Of a stretch of 64,000 nucleotides of DNA, positions 28,896 to 41,538 are shown piece after piece. The stretch is taken from the NCBI RefSeq assembly GCF_039654945.1, contig NW_027361848.1, forward strand, positions 1 to 64,000, written 5' to 3'. How positions within the stretch are numbered: position 1 is the first letter of the stretch; the number at the start of each line of letters is the position of its first letter. Under the pieces are notes generated by a model that ran no database searches, was not told where the DNA came from, and worked only from the letters and a program-made list of their open reading frames with translations. A program made the translations under genes and the position numbers. This stretch comes from Dendrobates tinctorius (Eukaryota).

Positions 28896-29759
28896 GTGTT
28901 ACCATCTTTTCAGTTAGCCATTAAAAGGTATCAACTACTGAGGACTCTCAATCCTGAATATTTTTTTATTTTTACAGTGTTCATTGTATGGTAAAAATAA
29001 CCTGGCGACAGCATTTTCCAGGTCAGGATGAATATGCAGATGCCAAACTTGCTTTTTTCTAAGTTGTGCTACAGAGAATAAAAAAAAAGTGGAAATTTTG
29101 AAAAAGAAAAATAAAGTTTGTCCTCATGTCTGAGATTCACGGACAGAGCTGGGTAATGACACATGTCTTACATGGTGAGAAGATGTTTTTATTAATACCA
29201 ATTTGTGATAAATACAATGTTTTGATCTAATTTTATTCTTCACAGAGTTTATAGTACGGATTTGATAAATCAAACTTTACAGGCAAGGCAAAAATGAAAT
29301 AAGCCCTTTTATTTTTTATAGGTCCATTATTTCTTGCAGGGATGGTAGGAGGGAGAAGCGATTCACATTTTTGCATTTATTTTTTTTAGTCTCAATAGAG
29401 AACTTGAACCTGCTGTTGTATTACATTATATAGAGAAGGATGACGGTTGGGCTTCATAGGAGGTCAAGCATGGCAGCCAATTGAGTCTTCACTATCCCTA
29501 TGGCAGAAATGACAACCCATCGCACCCTGCAATTACGTCATTTAAATACTGCTGACAGTGAAGTGTAAATGAATCAACTGCAGTGATCTGAGCAAGCTCC
29601 GGTCGCTGATGTTACAGGCAGACGCCGGCTGTGTAACGTAATCAGTATTTGCCTAGTATGATGTGGGCTCAGCTACTGAGCCAACTCTATACAGGACCTG
29701 AAGTAGGATATACTATTGAATCCAATAGCAGAAAGGGGTTAATAAACCTGGAGACTTAC

Positions 29760-29827
29760 CACTGTCACTGTAATCATCAACTAGTATAATTTCTTTAACG
29801 AGGTGAACAGGACTTTTTTTTAATACA
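29760..29827 (-). CDS. GALNT2: GALNT2 coding exon (68 bp; SVLKKSPVHLVKEIILVDDYSDS)
   Basis: Contains the EIILVDDYS motif of GalNAc-transferases. Acceptor is ttttttag and donor is g|gtaagt. Confidence 0.95.
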
Positions 29828-32166
29828 CTAAAAAAAGTAAACAAAAAAAAAAAAGAGAATTTCAGTGAACAAAACAAGGCATTAGAAAAATTATAGAAAC
29901 ACTGGCGGGTCAAAATCGGGTTACTCAGCCCTAGTCTGTCATACAGCATGCTCAAATTCCTATAGGCCTTTTGGTGTTCCTGTTTTGTCATAGGTGCAAA
30001 AGAAAAATACAAAATCTGAAAGGGAACTGATCTACCACACACCATGGATTAATTGTACCAAATAATTATTTTCCAGTTTGTATGCCAGACCTGGCATGTC
30101 ACTCTCCACAAGAACACTTACCCCTTAGATGCCAGATTCTGTGATTGAGGCATCTCACTCAATCTACTTGGAATAAATTGCACTAAATACTTTGTGAAAA
30201 TCACTGAGCTTCCCCGATTCTGACGCTTTTGTTAGTTTTGAGCTGCATCGCTCCATGGCAGAGATTTTTGCATTTGCTGCTTGTGGGTAGCAATATATGA
30301 AATCTCCGCTTGCGGCCAACTAGACATTTTCTTCAGTATTCCCTGGCGGTGTGTGGTCTCACCACCCCCTTCTAAACGCTGCCAATCACAGCTCAGCAGC
30401 TGATCTAACAGTTTAAGATGCTGCCAATCGCCAGTGTCTGGGAAGGAGGGCGGAAGCACGCACCTCCAGAGAAGACGCTGAAGATATCAAATGCCCAACT
30501 GGGCTACAAGCAGAGATTTCACATATTGCAATCCAAAACTAACACATATTGTACCGATATTGGTGCATTGTGTTCATGTTGCTAGGAAGCATCTGCAGCG
30601 TGGGAACAGATATTTCAATATGGCAGGAGTTTGGCTCTGTCCACTTTTCCCAACTAGGACAAAGGTAGCACAAAGTATTTTGAAACATAGTAAAAAGATA
30701 TTTAGCATTTTTAGGTTATGTTTAGGCGGGGCAGAAATGCAAAATGTAGAACCTAAGGATTTGAAGGCAGAAAGTTGCACCAAAGTGGATGACACCAAAA
30801 TTCTGAACTGAAATTCACTTGTGATGCGGAATTTAACCGCTTCCCCGACCGCTAACTGTAGATAAATGTCGGCGCTTGCTGGGCTTTGTGCAGCGCCGAC
30901 GTTTATCTACTGTCGGCGGTTTTGTGCCCCCCGGGACCCCCACATACTTTATAACGCGGGGATCCCGGTGCACAATGCATGCTGGGACCCCCGACGTCAT
31001 TGAGACCTGATTGGTTCAGGTCCTGATGACGTCAGCGTCACAGCAGCCAATGAGAGAGCTCGCTAGGAAACCTGCTAGTTTCCCGACGATCTCAATCATT
31101 GTAACGCGACTTCTCTTCTGATCTCACACGGACAGGAGATCAGAGGAGAAGCAGCGATACTGTGTGACTAGATCGCTGCCTGGCACAGCTGTGCCAGGCA
31201 GCGATCTTGTCACACTGTAATGCTGCTTCTCCTCTGATCTCCTGTCAGTGCGAGATCAGAGAAGTGGCGTTACTATGTGCCAGACAGCGATCTTGTCACA
31301 TAGCAATGCTGCTTCTCCTCTGATCTCCTGTCAGTGCGAGATCAGAGGAGAAGTGGCGTTACTATGAGTCAGATCGCAGGGCAGCAATCTTTTCACAAAA
31401 AAAAAAAAAAAAAAAAGCAGGTACGCAGGTTAGGGCTATGGGTGTGTTGGTGTTAGGTTTGTGGTTAGGGTTATGGTTAGGGTTGGGATTAGGGGTCTGT
31501 TAGGGTTGGAATTAGAATTGGGGGTTTCCACTGTTTAGGCACATCAGGGGCTCTGCAAACGCAACATGACGCCTGCAGACCATTCCATCAAAGTCTGCAT
31601 TCCAGAATGTCACTACTTCACTTCCGAGCCCCACCGTGCGCCCAAACAGTAGTTTTCTACCACATATGGGGTACCAGCGTACTCAGGACAAATTGGACAA
31701 CTTTTGGGGTCTAATTTCTCCTGTTACCCTTGTGAAAATAAAAAATTGGGGGCTAAAAGATCATTTTTGTGGAAAAAAAAATGATTTTTTTATTTTCATG
31801 GCTCTACATTATAAACTTTAGTGAAACACTTGGGGGTTCAAAGTGCTCACCACATATCTAGATAAGTTCCTTGGGGGGTCTAGTTTCCAAAATGGGGTCA
31901 CTTGTGGGGGGTTTCTACTGTTTAGGCACATCAGGGGCTCTGCAAACGCAACATGATGCTCGCAGACCATTCCATCAACATTCCAGAACGTCACTACTTC
32001 CCTTCCGAGCCCCATGGTGTGCCCAAATAGTAGTTTTCTCCCACATATTGGGTACTAGCGTACTCAGAACAAATTGGACAACAACTTCTGGGGTCCAATT
32101 TCTCCTGTTACCCTTGTAAAAATAAAAAAAAATGGGGGCTAAAAGTTCATTTTTGTGGAAAAAAAA

Positions 32167-35143
32167 CGGTAATTAGACCTACCGGTAATTGTGTTTCCAG
32201 GAATCCATCCTGACAGCACACTGGAGGACGTCCTTCTTATCCACAGTGGGACAGGAAACCACGAGAGCTTAAAAGGACTCTCCCCCTACAACCCTTCAGT
32301 GACTTCACAAAGTAACACATCTGGATGGATGCAAAAACATAGACTTTATTTAAACCAACATTCCTCATACACATGTTACGTCACAGTCGTATGGAAAGTG
32401 TCATAGGGAGGGAACTAATAGTGCTGTCAGGATGGATTCCTGGAAACACAATTACCGGTAGGTCTAATTACCGTTTTCCAGGTCACCACCTGACAGCACA
32501 CTGGAGTAGTACCAAAGGATATTGGTCCTAGGGTGGGACTACTGGGGAGTACTTTTCTCCCACATGCTAATTGTGTGGAGGCTACGTCTAGTTTATAGCG
32601 CTTAGAGAAAGTACTGAGACTGGCCCAAGATGCTGCTTTGCAGATCTGTTCTGCCGAGGCCCCCCCCCCTCTCTGCCCATGACGCGGCCATGGCCCACTG
32701 CTACGTGTTGTAGCGCTGGATGCCTTTGTCGCAGAGAAAGGCTACTGTCGTAGTATTGTCTGACAGTATTTTAACGTGCTTGTTCTTTACCAGAGACCGG
32801 GCGGCGAGTAGTACCTTCCAGACCACATGTAGTTCTCTGAAGTTGGAGGACCTGTTGCTGTCCTCTGGACTCCATCGTCCCTGGTAGTGTCTTCCTTTGA
32901 CGTGTCCACCCCAACCTTGTAGACTCGTGTCTGTTGTCACTACGATTTCCGGAGACTGGATCCACGAGACAACGGTTTTTAAGTTTCTCAGAGAGGTCCA
33001 CCACAGCAGCGACCTTCTGACTCGGGGAGTTAACTGTATTTTCTTGTCTAGTGAGTTCTGCCTCCTGTTCCAGGACGCTAGGACTGCCCGTTGTAATTCG
33101 TGGAAGTGGAACTGACTCCACCTGACGCAGGAAAAGCACGAGGTCATCAGCCCCAGGATTCTCGTTGCGTCCCTGATCGATACCTGGTTCTTTGAAAACT
33201 GACAAATCATCTTTGGCATGCTGCCATGCTTTTCCTCTGGCAGATAGGACATTCTTCTTTCTGAGTCTAGCATGACCCCCAAAAATTTTATTCTGGGCTT
33301 GGGTATGAGATCTGACATTGACCAATTTATGATCCAACCCAACCTCTGCAGCGTGGTGATTGAAGACTGACAGTCGACCCTGAGCTGGGCTACTGAATCG
33401 GCTACGATTAAGAAGTCGTCTAGGTAAGGGACCACCATGATGTTTCGAGCTCTTAGGTAGGCCACTACTTCTACCATTAATTTTGTGAAGACTCTTGGGG
33501 CTGATGCTAGGCCAAAGGGGAGGCAGTAAAACTGGTAGTGGTGTATTCTGCCATCCCTTTCGACCGCAAACCTGAGATACTTTTGATGGTCTGGGTAGAT
33601 GGGGACGTGGTAATATGCGCTCTTTAGATCTAGTGTGCACATTACCACTGCTTTTCTCAGAAGAGGAATTGTGGATCTTATCGATTCCATCTTGAAGCGT
33701 TTTTGTGTTACCCACTTGTTTAGCGGTTTGAGATTTATTATCGTTCTGGTCTCCCCCGATGGTTTTTTCATCGAGAAGAGGCTCGAGTAGTGTCCTCTTC
33801 CCTCTTCTTGGGCGGGTATTGGAACAATCGCCTCTATCTCCAGGAGATCCTGGATGTCCAACCACATGGGGGAAGCCGAACTGAGTCAAGAACTGGTCAC
33901 TAAGAATCTGTTCGGGGGGGAGGGAGTTGAATTCTATTCTGTACCCCTGAGAAAAGACCTGTAGTACCCAGGGACTGGTGGTAACCTCCTGCCATTCTCT
34001 CCCGAACTTGAGCTATCGCCTCTGATCTCTTCCTCTTCTGCGTCTGATTCGGACAGGATCTCCTCAGAAGAGGTGTCCGACTCCCTCTGCCTCTTTCTGG
34101 ATGCCTGGGGGTTCACCTGCGGGGTCTGGGGAGTGACCAGGCCTGACACCGAAGCCTTCACTTCTTCCCTAATCATCGCTCTCATGTTAGACATGAGTGT
34201 AGCTTGTTCGTCCCCCACTATGCGTTTTGTACATGCATCACAGAGGGTCTTTTGCCACGTGTCCTTTAGCTTCTTAGAGCAAACCGGACACTTCTTATCC
34301 TTCCTCTTGGGCTCCTTTCTTTCTGAGGTGGAGGTTCCCCCCTAGAACATATAAAATACGTGCCCTGTGGGGGTCTGCCTTACTGGGGCTTTGTAGTGAC
34401 CTACTCAGACGTTACTCACGTGACCCTGGCTCTCCGGTCCCGTCTCCATCTTTGCATGGTCCTCCAATCTTTGGATAGGGAGGACTGCTGCGGCTGCTTG
34501 CTGACCGCGCTGTTGCTGACCATTGCGCTGCCGATCCGCTCCACCAGAGAAGACGCCTGCCCCCTTCTCTGGTGGCCCTATACAGGCCGCGGCCTTTGAC
34601 GCCGGGCGGTCACAACCCGGAAGCCGCCCAGTGATGACGCGACCGGAAGGGACGCGCCCCGGCCATGTTGACGCGCCCGGAAACGACGCGGCCGCGTTCC
34701 CTGAAGCAATGTGCCGCGTCCAACTGGGGAGGAAAGGCTGCAGTGATCTGATGCCGGGGTCCGCTTGTGAGGCCAGTGGACTCCATAGAGGTGGCCCGGG
34801 CTCAGGGACATTGGCGGTGGTGACGGCGTCCCGGGGTTGAGAGCCCCCGGCAGGAGGAAGCCACCCTATCTCCAGGAGCAGCGCTACACTGGATGAGCTG
34901 AGGGACCCTCTGCCGGGTGTCAGCTGCAGATTTCTTGAGAAAGGAAGGGAAAGGCTGGGCCCCCCAATCCTAACCATCTGCGTGGAACGGTCGGATCTTC
35001 TCTCGCCGTTCCTATCCGCAGTGGGACAGGAAAAACACTGAAGGGTGGTAGGGGGAGGGCCCTTTTAAGCTCTCGTGGTTTCCTGTCCCACTGTGGATAA
35101 GAAGGACGTCCTCCAGTGTGCTGTCAGGTGGTAACCTGGAAAA
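32167..35143 (-). mobile_element. DIRS1-like retrotransposon (copy C, second family), internally deleted
   Basis: ITRs (about 32210-32300 vs 35035-35127) and ICR (about 32420-32505). A 388-aa RT/RNase H ORF is present; only the gag N-terminus and YR C-terminal tail remain. Confidence 0.9.
32701..33867 (-). pseudogene. DIRS RT and partial RNase H, uninterrupted for 388 codons but truncated by deletion
   Basis: Motifs LDLKSAYYHVPI, LPFGLASAPRVFTK, PYLDDFL, TTDTSLQGWG, SNFREL and ILSDNTT. Confidence 0.88.
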
Positions 35144-36309
35144 TGATTTTTTATTTTCATGGCTCTACATTAAACTTCTGTGAAGCCCTTGTGGGTTCAA
35201 AGTGCTCACGACACATCTAGATAAGTTCCTTAAGGGGTCTAGTTTCCCAAATGGGGTCACTTGTGGGGAGTTTCCACTGTTTAGGCACATCAGGGGCTCT
35301 CCAAACGTGACATGGCGTTCGATCCGAATTCCAGCCAATTCTGCATTGAAAAGGTCAAACGGCACTCCTTCCTTTCTGAGCTCTGGCGTGTGCCCAAACA
35401 GTGGTTTAGCCCCACATACGGGGTATCGGCGTATTCGGGAGAAATTGCACAAAAAAATTTTGTGGTTCATTTTCTCTTTTTACGCTTGTGAAAATAAAGA
35501 AAAAAATGCTTCTGAAGTTAAATGTTTGTGAAACAAGTTCAATGTTTATTTTTTCCTTTCACATTCCATTTATTCATGTGAAGCACCTGAAGGGTTAATA
35601 AACTTCTTGAATGTGGTTTTGAGTACATTGATGGGTGCAGTTTTTAGAATGGTGTCACTTTTGGATATTTTCTGTCATATTGACCCCCCAAACTCACTTC
35701 AAATGTGAGGTGGTCCCTAAAAAAATGATGTTGTAAATTTTGTTGTAAAAATGAGAAATCGCTGGTCAACTTTTAACCCCTTATAACTTCCTAAGAAAAT
35801 GTGTTTCCAAAATTGTGCAGATGTAAAGTAGACATGTGGGAAATGTTATTTAGTAACTATTTTGTGCGATATCACTCTCTGATTTAAGGGCATAAAAATT
35901 AAAAGTTTGAAAATTGCTAAATTTTCACCAATTTTCAATTTTTTTAACAAATAAGCGCAAGTCATATCTAAGAAATTTTACCACTATCATGAAATACAAT
36001 ATGTCACGAGAAAAAGTCAGAATCAGCAGGATCCATTGAAGCGTTCCAGAGTTATAACCTCATAAAGTGACACTGGTCAGAATTGAAAAAATTGGCCCGG
36101 TCACGAAAGCAAAAACAGGCTCTGGTGCGAAAGGGTTAAATATGCAGCATCATAGTTGGAAACAGACTAAAGGGAATGTGTCTCATTTTTAATATTCTAA
36201 TATGATTATATAATCAATTTAAAAAAAAACCAAAAAAAAAAAAAAACAGAATGAAATGTATTGTTTTCACACTTATTATTTTCTACAGCCACTAGTGCTG
36301 CTATTTTAA

Positions 36310-39300
36310 CCCCTTCACCCCCAAGGGTGGTTTGCACGTTCATGACCGGGCCAATTTTTACAATTCTGACCACTGTACCTTTAGGAGGTCATAACTCTGG
36401 AACGCTTCAATGGATCCTGGTGATTCTGACACTGTTTTCTCGTGACATATTGTGCTTCATGTTAGTGGTAAAATTTCATTCAAATAACTTGCGTTTATTA
36501 GTGAAAAAAACGGAAATTTGGCAAAAAATTTGAAAATTTTGTAATTTTCCAACTTTGAATTTTTATGCCCTTAAATCACAGAGATACGGCACACAAAAAA
36601 CTTGATAACTAACATTTCCCACATGTTTACTTTACATCAGCACAATTTTGGAACCAAAATTTTTTTTTGTTAGGAAGTTATAAAGGTTAAAAGTTGACCA
36701 GCGATTTCTCATTTTTACAACACCATTTTAGTTTTAGGACCACATCACATTTGAAGCCACTTTGAGGGGCCTATATGATAGAAAATACCCAAAAGTGACA
36801 CCATTCTAAAAACTGCACCCCTTAAGGTGCTCAAAACCACATTCAAGAAGTTTATTAACCCTTTAGGTGCGTCACAGGAATTTTTTGAATATTTAAAAAA
36901 AAATGAACATCTAACTTTTTTTCACAAAAAAAATACTTCAGGTTCAATTTTTTTTTATTTTACCAAGGGTAACAGGAGAAATTGGACTGCAAAAGTTATT
37001 GTGCAATTTGTCCTGAGTACGCTGATACCTGATTTGTGGGAGGGAACGACTGTTTCGGCGCATGGCAGAGCTCAGAATGGAAGGAGCGCCGTTTGACTTT
37101 TTCAATGCAAAATTGGCTGGAATTCAGATCGGACACCATGTCACGATTGGAAAACCCCTGATGTACCTAAACAGTGGAAACCCCCCACAAATGACACCAT
37201 TTTGTAAACTAGACCCCCCAAGGAACTTATCTAGATGTGTGGTGAGCACTTTGAACCCCCTAGTGCTTCACAGAAGTTTATAACGCCCGGGCGTGAAAAT
37301 AAAAAATTCGTATTTTTTCCACAAACATGATCAATTATTCCCCAATTTTTTTATTTTCCCAAGGGTAACAGGAGAAATTGAACCCCAATAGTTGCTGTCC
37401 AATTTGTCCTGAGTAAGCTGACACCCCATATGTGGGAGAAAACTACTGTATGGACACACGTCAGGGCTCGGAAGGGAAGTAGGGACGTTTTGGAATGCAG
37501 ACATTCATGGAATGGTCTGCGGGTGTCATGTTGCCTTCGGAGAGCCCCTAATGTACCTAAACAGTGGAAACCCCCACAAATGACCCCATTTTGGAAACGA
37601 GAACCCCTAAGGAACTTATCTAGATGTGTGGTGAGCACTTTGAACCCCCAAGGGCTTCACAGAAGTTTATAATGCCCGGGCATGAAAATAAAAAAATCGT
37701 ATTTTTTCCACAAACATGATCAATTAGTCCCCAATTTTTTCATTTTCCCAAGGGTAACAGGAGAAATTGGACCGCAAAAGTTGTTGTCCAATTTGTCATG
37801 AGTACGCTGACACCCCATATGTGGGAGAAAACTACTGTATGGACACACGTCGGGGCTCGGAAGGGAAGCAGTGCCATTTTGGAATGCAGACTTTGATGGA
37901 ATGGTCTGTGGGTGTCATGTGCGTTTGGAGAGCCCCTGATGTACCTAAACTATTGAAACTCCCAACAAGTGACCCCATTTTGGACACTAGACCCCCCCAC
38001 AGAACTTATCTAGATGTGTGGTGAGCACTTTGAACCCCCAAGTGCTTCACAGAAGTTTATAACGCTTGGACATGAAAATAAAAAAATCATTTTTTTCCAC
38101 AAAAATGATATTTTTGCCCCCAATTTTTTATTTTCCTAAGGGTAACAGGAGAAATTGGACCCCAAAAATTGTTTTGCAATTTGTCCTGAGTAGGCTGATA
38201 CCCTATATGTGGGGGTAAAACACTGTTTGGGCGCATGGCAGAGCTTGGAAGGGAAGGAGCACCATATGACTTTTTCAACTCAGAATTGGCTGGAATTGAG
38301 ATCAAACGCAATGTTGCATTTGGAGAGCCCCTGATGTGCCCAAACAGTGTAAACCCCCAATTCTAACTCCAACCCGAACCCCAACACACCCCTAACCCTA
38401 ATCTCAGCCCTAACCCAAGCCCTAACCCTAACCCTAGCCCTAACCCTAACCCTAGCCCTAACCCTAATGGAAAAATGGAAATAAATACATTTTTTTAATT
38501 TTATTATTTTTCCCTAACTAAGGGGGTGATAACGGGGGGTTTGATTTACTATTTATGGCGGTTTTTATGCTTGGCGGCTGTCGCACGCTAAAAGACGCTT
38601 TTTATTGTAAAAATAGTTTTTGCATCACCACATATTGAGAGCTATATTTTTTCCGTATTTTGACCCACCGAGTCATGTGAGGTCTTATTTTTTGCGGGAC
38701 GAGTTGACATTTTTATTGGTACCATTTTCGGGCACGTGACATTTTTTGATCGCTTTTTATTCCGATTTTTGGGACGCAGAATGAACAAAAACCAGCGTTT
38801 CATGAATTTCTTTTGGGGGAGTGCGTTTACACCGTTCCGCGTGCGGTAAAATTGATAAAGCGGTTTTATTCTTCGGGTCAGTACGGTTACAGCGATACCT
38901 CATTTAGGTCTTTTTTTAGGTTGTCGATTTTATGCAATGAAAACTATTTTATATAAAAAATAATTATTTTTGCATCGCTTTATTCTGCGAGCTATAACTT
39001 TTTTATTTTTTCGCTGATGATGCTGTGTGGCGGCTCGTTTTTTGCGGGACAAGATGACGTTTTCAGCGGTACCATGGATATTTATATGCGTCTTTTTGAT
39101 CGCGCGTTATTACACTTTTTGTTTGGCGGTATAATAAATCATTATTTTTTGCTTCGTTTTTTATTTTTATTTTTTAAGGGGTCCGCTAAAGGGGTTAACT
39201 AATGGGACAGTTTTATAGGGCAGGTCGTTACGGACGCAGCGATACCTAATATGTGTACTTTTATTGTTTTGGGTTTTTTTTTATTTTCAAAAAATGAATG

Positions 39301-39914
39301 GGGGAATATATTTTTTTTTTACTAATTTGACGATTTTTTTTAAAGTATTTTTACACTTTTTTTAATTTTTTTTTTTTTTACTTTATTACATAGTCCCAGG
39401 TGGGACTTCACTGTCCTGTGACAGATCGCAGATCACTGTGACAGATCAGCAATCTGTCACAGGCATTGAAGAAGACTTCCTCTTGCCTGCGCTTTGCAGG
39501 CACTGAGGAAGCCAGCTTCCTCCAGGCCCCCGAAGGCCCCCGTCACCATCTTGGATTCAGGGGGCCTGGAGGAAAGGAGCCCCCCGCAGCAGCACTGCAC
39601 ATTGCGCTGCCGTGGGGGGCTCAGGGAAGCACGGAGGGAGCCCCCTCCCTGCCGATGCTTCCCTTTAACTCCCGGTACACCGCGATCATGTTTGATCGCG
39701 GTGTGCAAGGGGTTAACGTGTCGGGGGCGGTCCGTGACCCCCCCCCCTGACACATTGTGTCGGGTATCAGCTGTGATAATCAGCTGACACCCGGCCGCGA
39801 TCAGCAGCGCTCACCACGTGGGCGCCGCTGATCGCGGTAGACGTACTATCCCGTCCATGGGCATAGGGGCCCGGGTCCCATGGACGGGATAGTACGTCTC
39901 ATGTCAGGAAGGGG
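36310..39914. mobile_element. Complete ~3.6-kb piggyBac-like non-autonomous element
   Basis: TTAA-ccccttc...gaagggg-TTAA ends. About four ~370-390-bp tandem units at 36950-38340 and a (CCCTAA)n-like tract. No transposase ORF. Confidence 0.75.
38385..38467 (+). repeat. Telomere-like (CCCTAA/CCCTAG)n tract inside a transposon
   Basis: cctaaccctaaccctagccctaaccctaaccctag... Confidence 0.85.
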
Positions 39915-40251
39915 TTAATTTGCTGACGTGTAGGACTGCAATCTGTGTCTGACCACCTCACCTGTGCTGGAAAAAACATATAATGATAGGTGCACTACAA
40001 ATGGGGTGCTGCGTAATGCATTGTATAGAGAGCAATGGGCAAAAAGAGAAAAGGAGACCAATGCATAAAAAAAGCGCACACATTAGTATAGAAAAGTATA
40101 TAACAAACAATGAAGCTGCGGCAGCAGCGATACACGTGGGGTCTCCCACACACCTTCGGTCCGGGACCTTGCCTTTCCTTATCATGCTTACTTCCTGACA
40201 ACCTGACCTGCCGACTCCTGTGGTAATAATTTTCCACGCCTCCTAGTCTAA

Positions 40252-41100
40252 AGGTACTGTCACACTTAGCGATGTACCAGCGATCCCGACCAGCGATATG
40301 ACGCGGTCAGGATCGCTGGTGCATCGCTAAGTGGTCGCTAGTGAGCTGCCACACAGGCAGATCTCACCAGCGACATCGCTGGGGACGGGGATCGCTACTT
40401 ACCTGTCAGACGAGGCGATCCTGCGTCCTCCCGCCCGGCTCCACGCTCGTCGCAGGAAGCTGACGACGAGAAACAGTCCTGAACGTTCTCGCGCGAACAG
40501 CGATAACCAGCGGGGGAGCGGGTCGTTGGTAAGTATCAGACACAGCGATATCGCTAGCAATATCGCTATAACGTCGCAAGTTATAGCGATATTGCTAGCG
40601 ATATCGCTTAGGCCTCTTTCACACTTCAGTTTTTTGCATCAGTTGAAATCCGCCAAAAAGGCAGACAAGCGGATCCGTTCTCAACTGATGTGAACGGATG
40701 GCACAGGATCCGTTTTCAGACGGATCCTGAAAATTAGGAAATTTAAGTGGAGGGGGGGGGAGGGGGAGGGGGAAAGGGAGAGGGAGAGATTTTTTTTCCG
40801 GCACGCAGAAAGAATTTCGGGTTAAATCAGTGTCTGGAGGATCCGCCAGAGAAAAAAACGTTGCAAGCTCCGTTTAGAAATCTTTGAGGATGGTGACGGA
40901 CAGCAACTTTTGGCGGATCTGCAAAAAAAACGGATGCAACGGACGGCAATCCGTCACAATCCGCCAATAATTGAAGTCAATGGGGAAAAAAAAACGGATC
41001 CTCAAAGGAAAATTGAGGATCCGTTTTTTTCAAAACCTGGCGGATTGTGACTGATTGTAAAAAACTGAAGTGTGAAAGAGGCCTTAGTGTGACAGGCCCT
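40252..41100. mobile_element. PIF/Harbinger-like MITE (outer)
   Basis: Ends aggtactgtcacacttagcga and tcgctta|gtgtgacaggccct; the right TIR is split by the inner MITE. Confidence 0.65.
40611..41083. mobile_element. PIF/Harbinger-like MITE (inner)
   Basis: Perfect TIR ggcctctttcacacttcagttttt with a 3-bp TTA TSD. Confidence 0.8.
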
Positions 41101-41538
41101 TAGCACCCATATTTAGTTAACAGCACTTTATACTACTCTCTGCAGCTCCTTTTGTATTTATCTGCTTTGGTGCTACCTCATATCTTGCCATTAGCATATT
41201 TTCTTTATTGTACCTCAGTGGCTTACCATTATATTGGTTTTGCTGCACAAATTTTCTTGAGGATATATCGTTACCAGGCCTTATAGGGTCATTTTTTAAC
41301 CCCTTCTGGCCATTTTCCAATCTTGGGGACGCCCAATTTTGGCGTGTTTCTTATATGCTAGTACAGACTATTTATTGGAGCATGTTTGTGTGTCCACATT
41401 GCTTGGTATACCATAGATTCTATATATTCTGGTATCATTCAAATTCAGGATTAGGTTTATTACATTATTCGCGATAAGTACGGTACCTTTGGTGTTGTGA
41501 CATTGTATTTGTGGTTTTTAATGGTGTTTTATTATGTA

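Larger units (their letters stand above)
27577..28964. mobile_element. 5'-truncated Penelope-like retroelement forming a palindrome (669-bp arms, 11-nt spacer)
   Basis: Arms are 27617-28285 and 28297-28965, with identical mirrored ORFs. A 13-bp TSD tttatttttacag lies at 27564-27576 and 28965-28977. Confidence 0.9.
27360..29700. mobile_element. Old piggyBac-like non-autonomous element (related to 6105 and 50710), split by the palindromic PLE
   Basis: Similar internal motifs (ccctctttccaagagccgtaacttt, gagggcttgttttt, gtactttcgaacaacaccatt). Boundaries are approximate. Confidence 0.45.
30837..36135. mobile_element. Large piggyBac-like non-autonomous element containing DIRS copy C
   Basis: TTAA-ccgcttc...gaaaggg-TTAA ends. 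Internal ~370-bp repeats and (TTAGGG)-like repeats at about 31428-31515. Confidence 0.7.

Noticed and set aside
36950-38340. Regularly repeated units that might suggest a CRISPR-like array
   Set aside because: The units are ~370-390-bp diverged tandem repeats inside a eukaryotic transposon, with no short repeat and unique spacer pattern.
40150-40190. Degenerate hammerhead-like motif on the minus strand (AUGAUAA...GGUCccgGACC-GAAG)
   Set aside because: Core and spacing are too corrupted to call a ribozyme.
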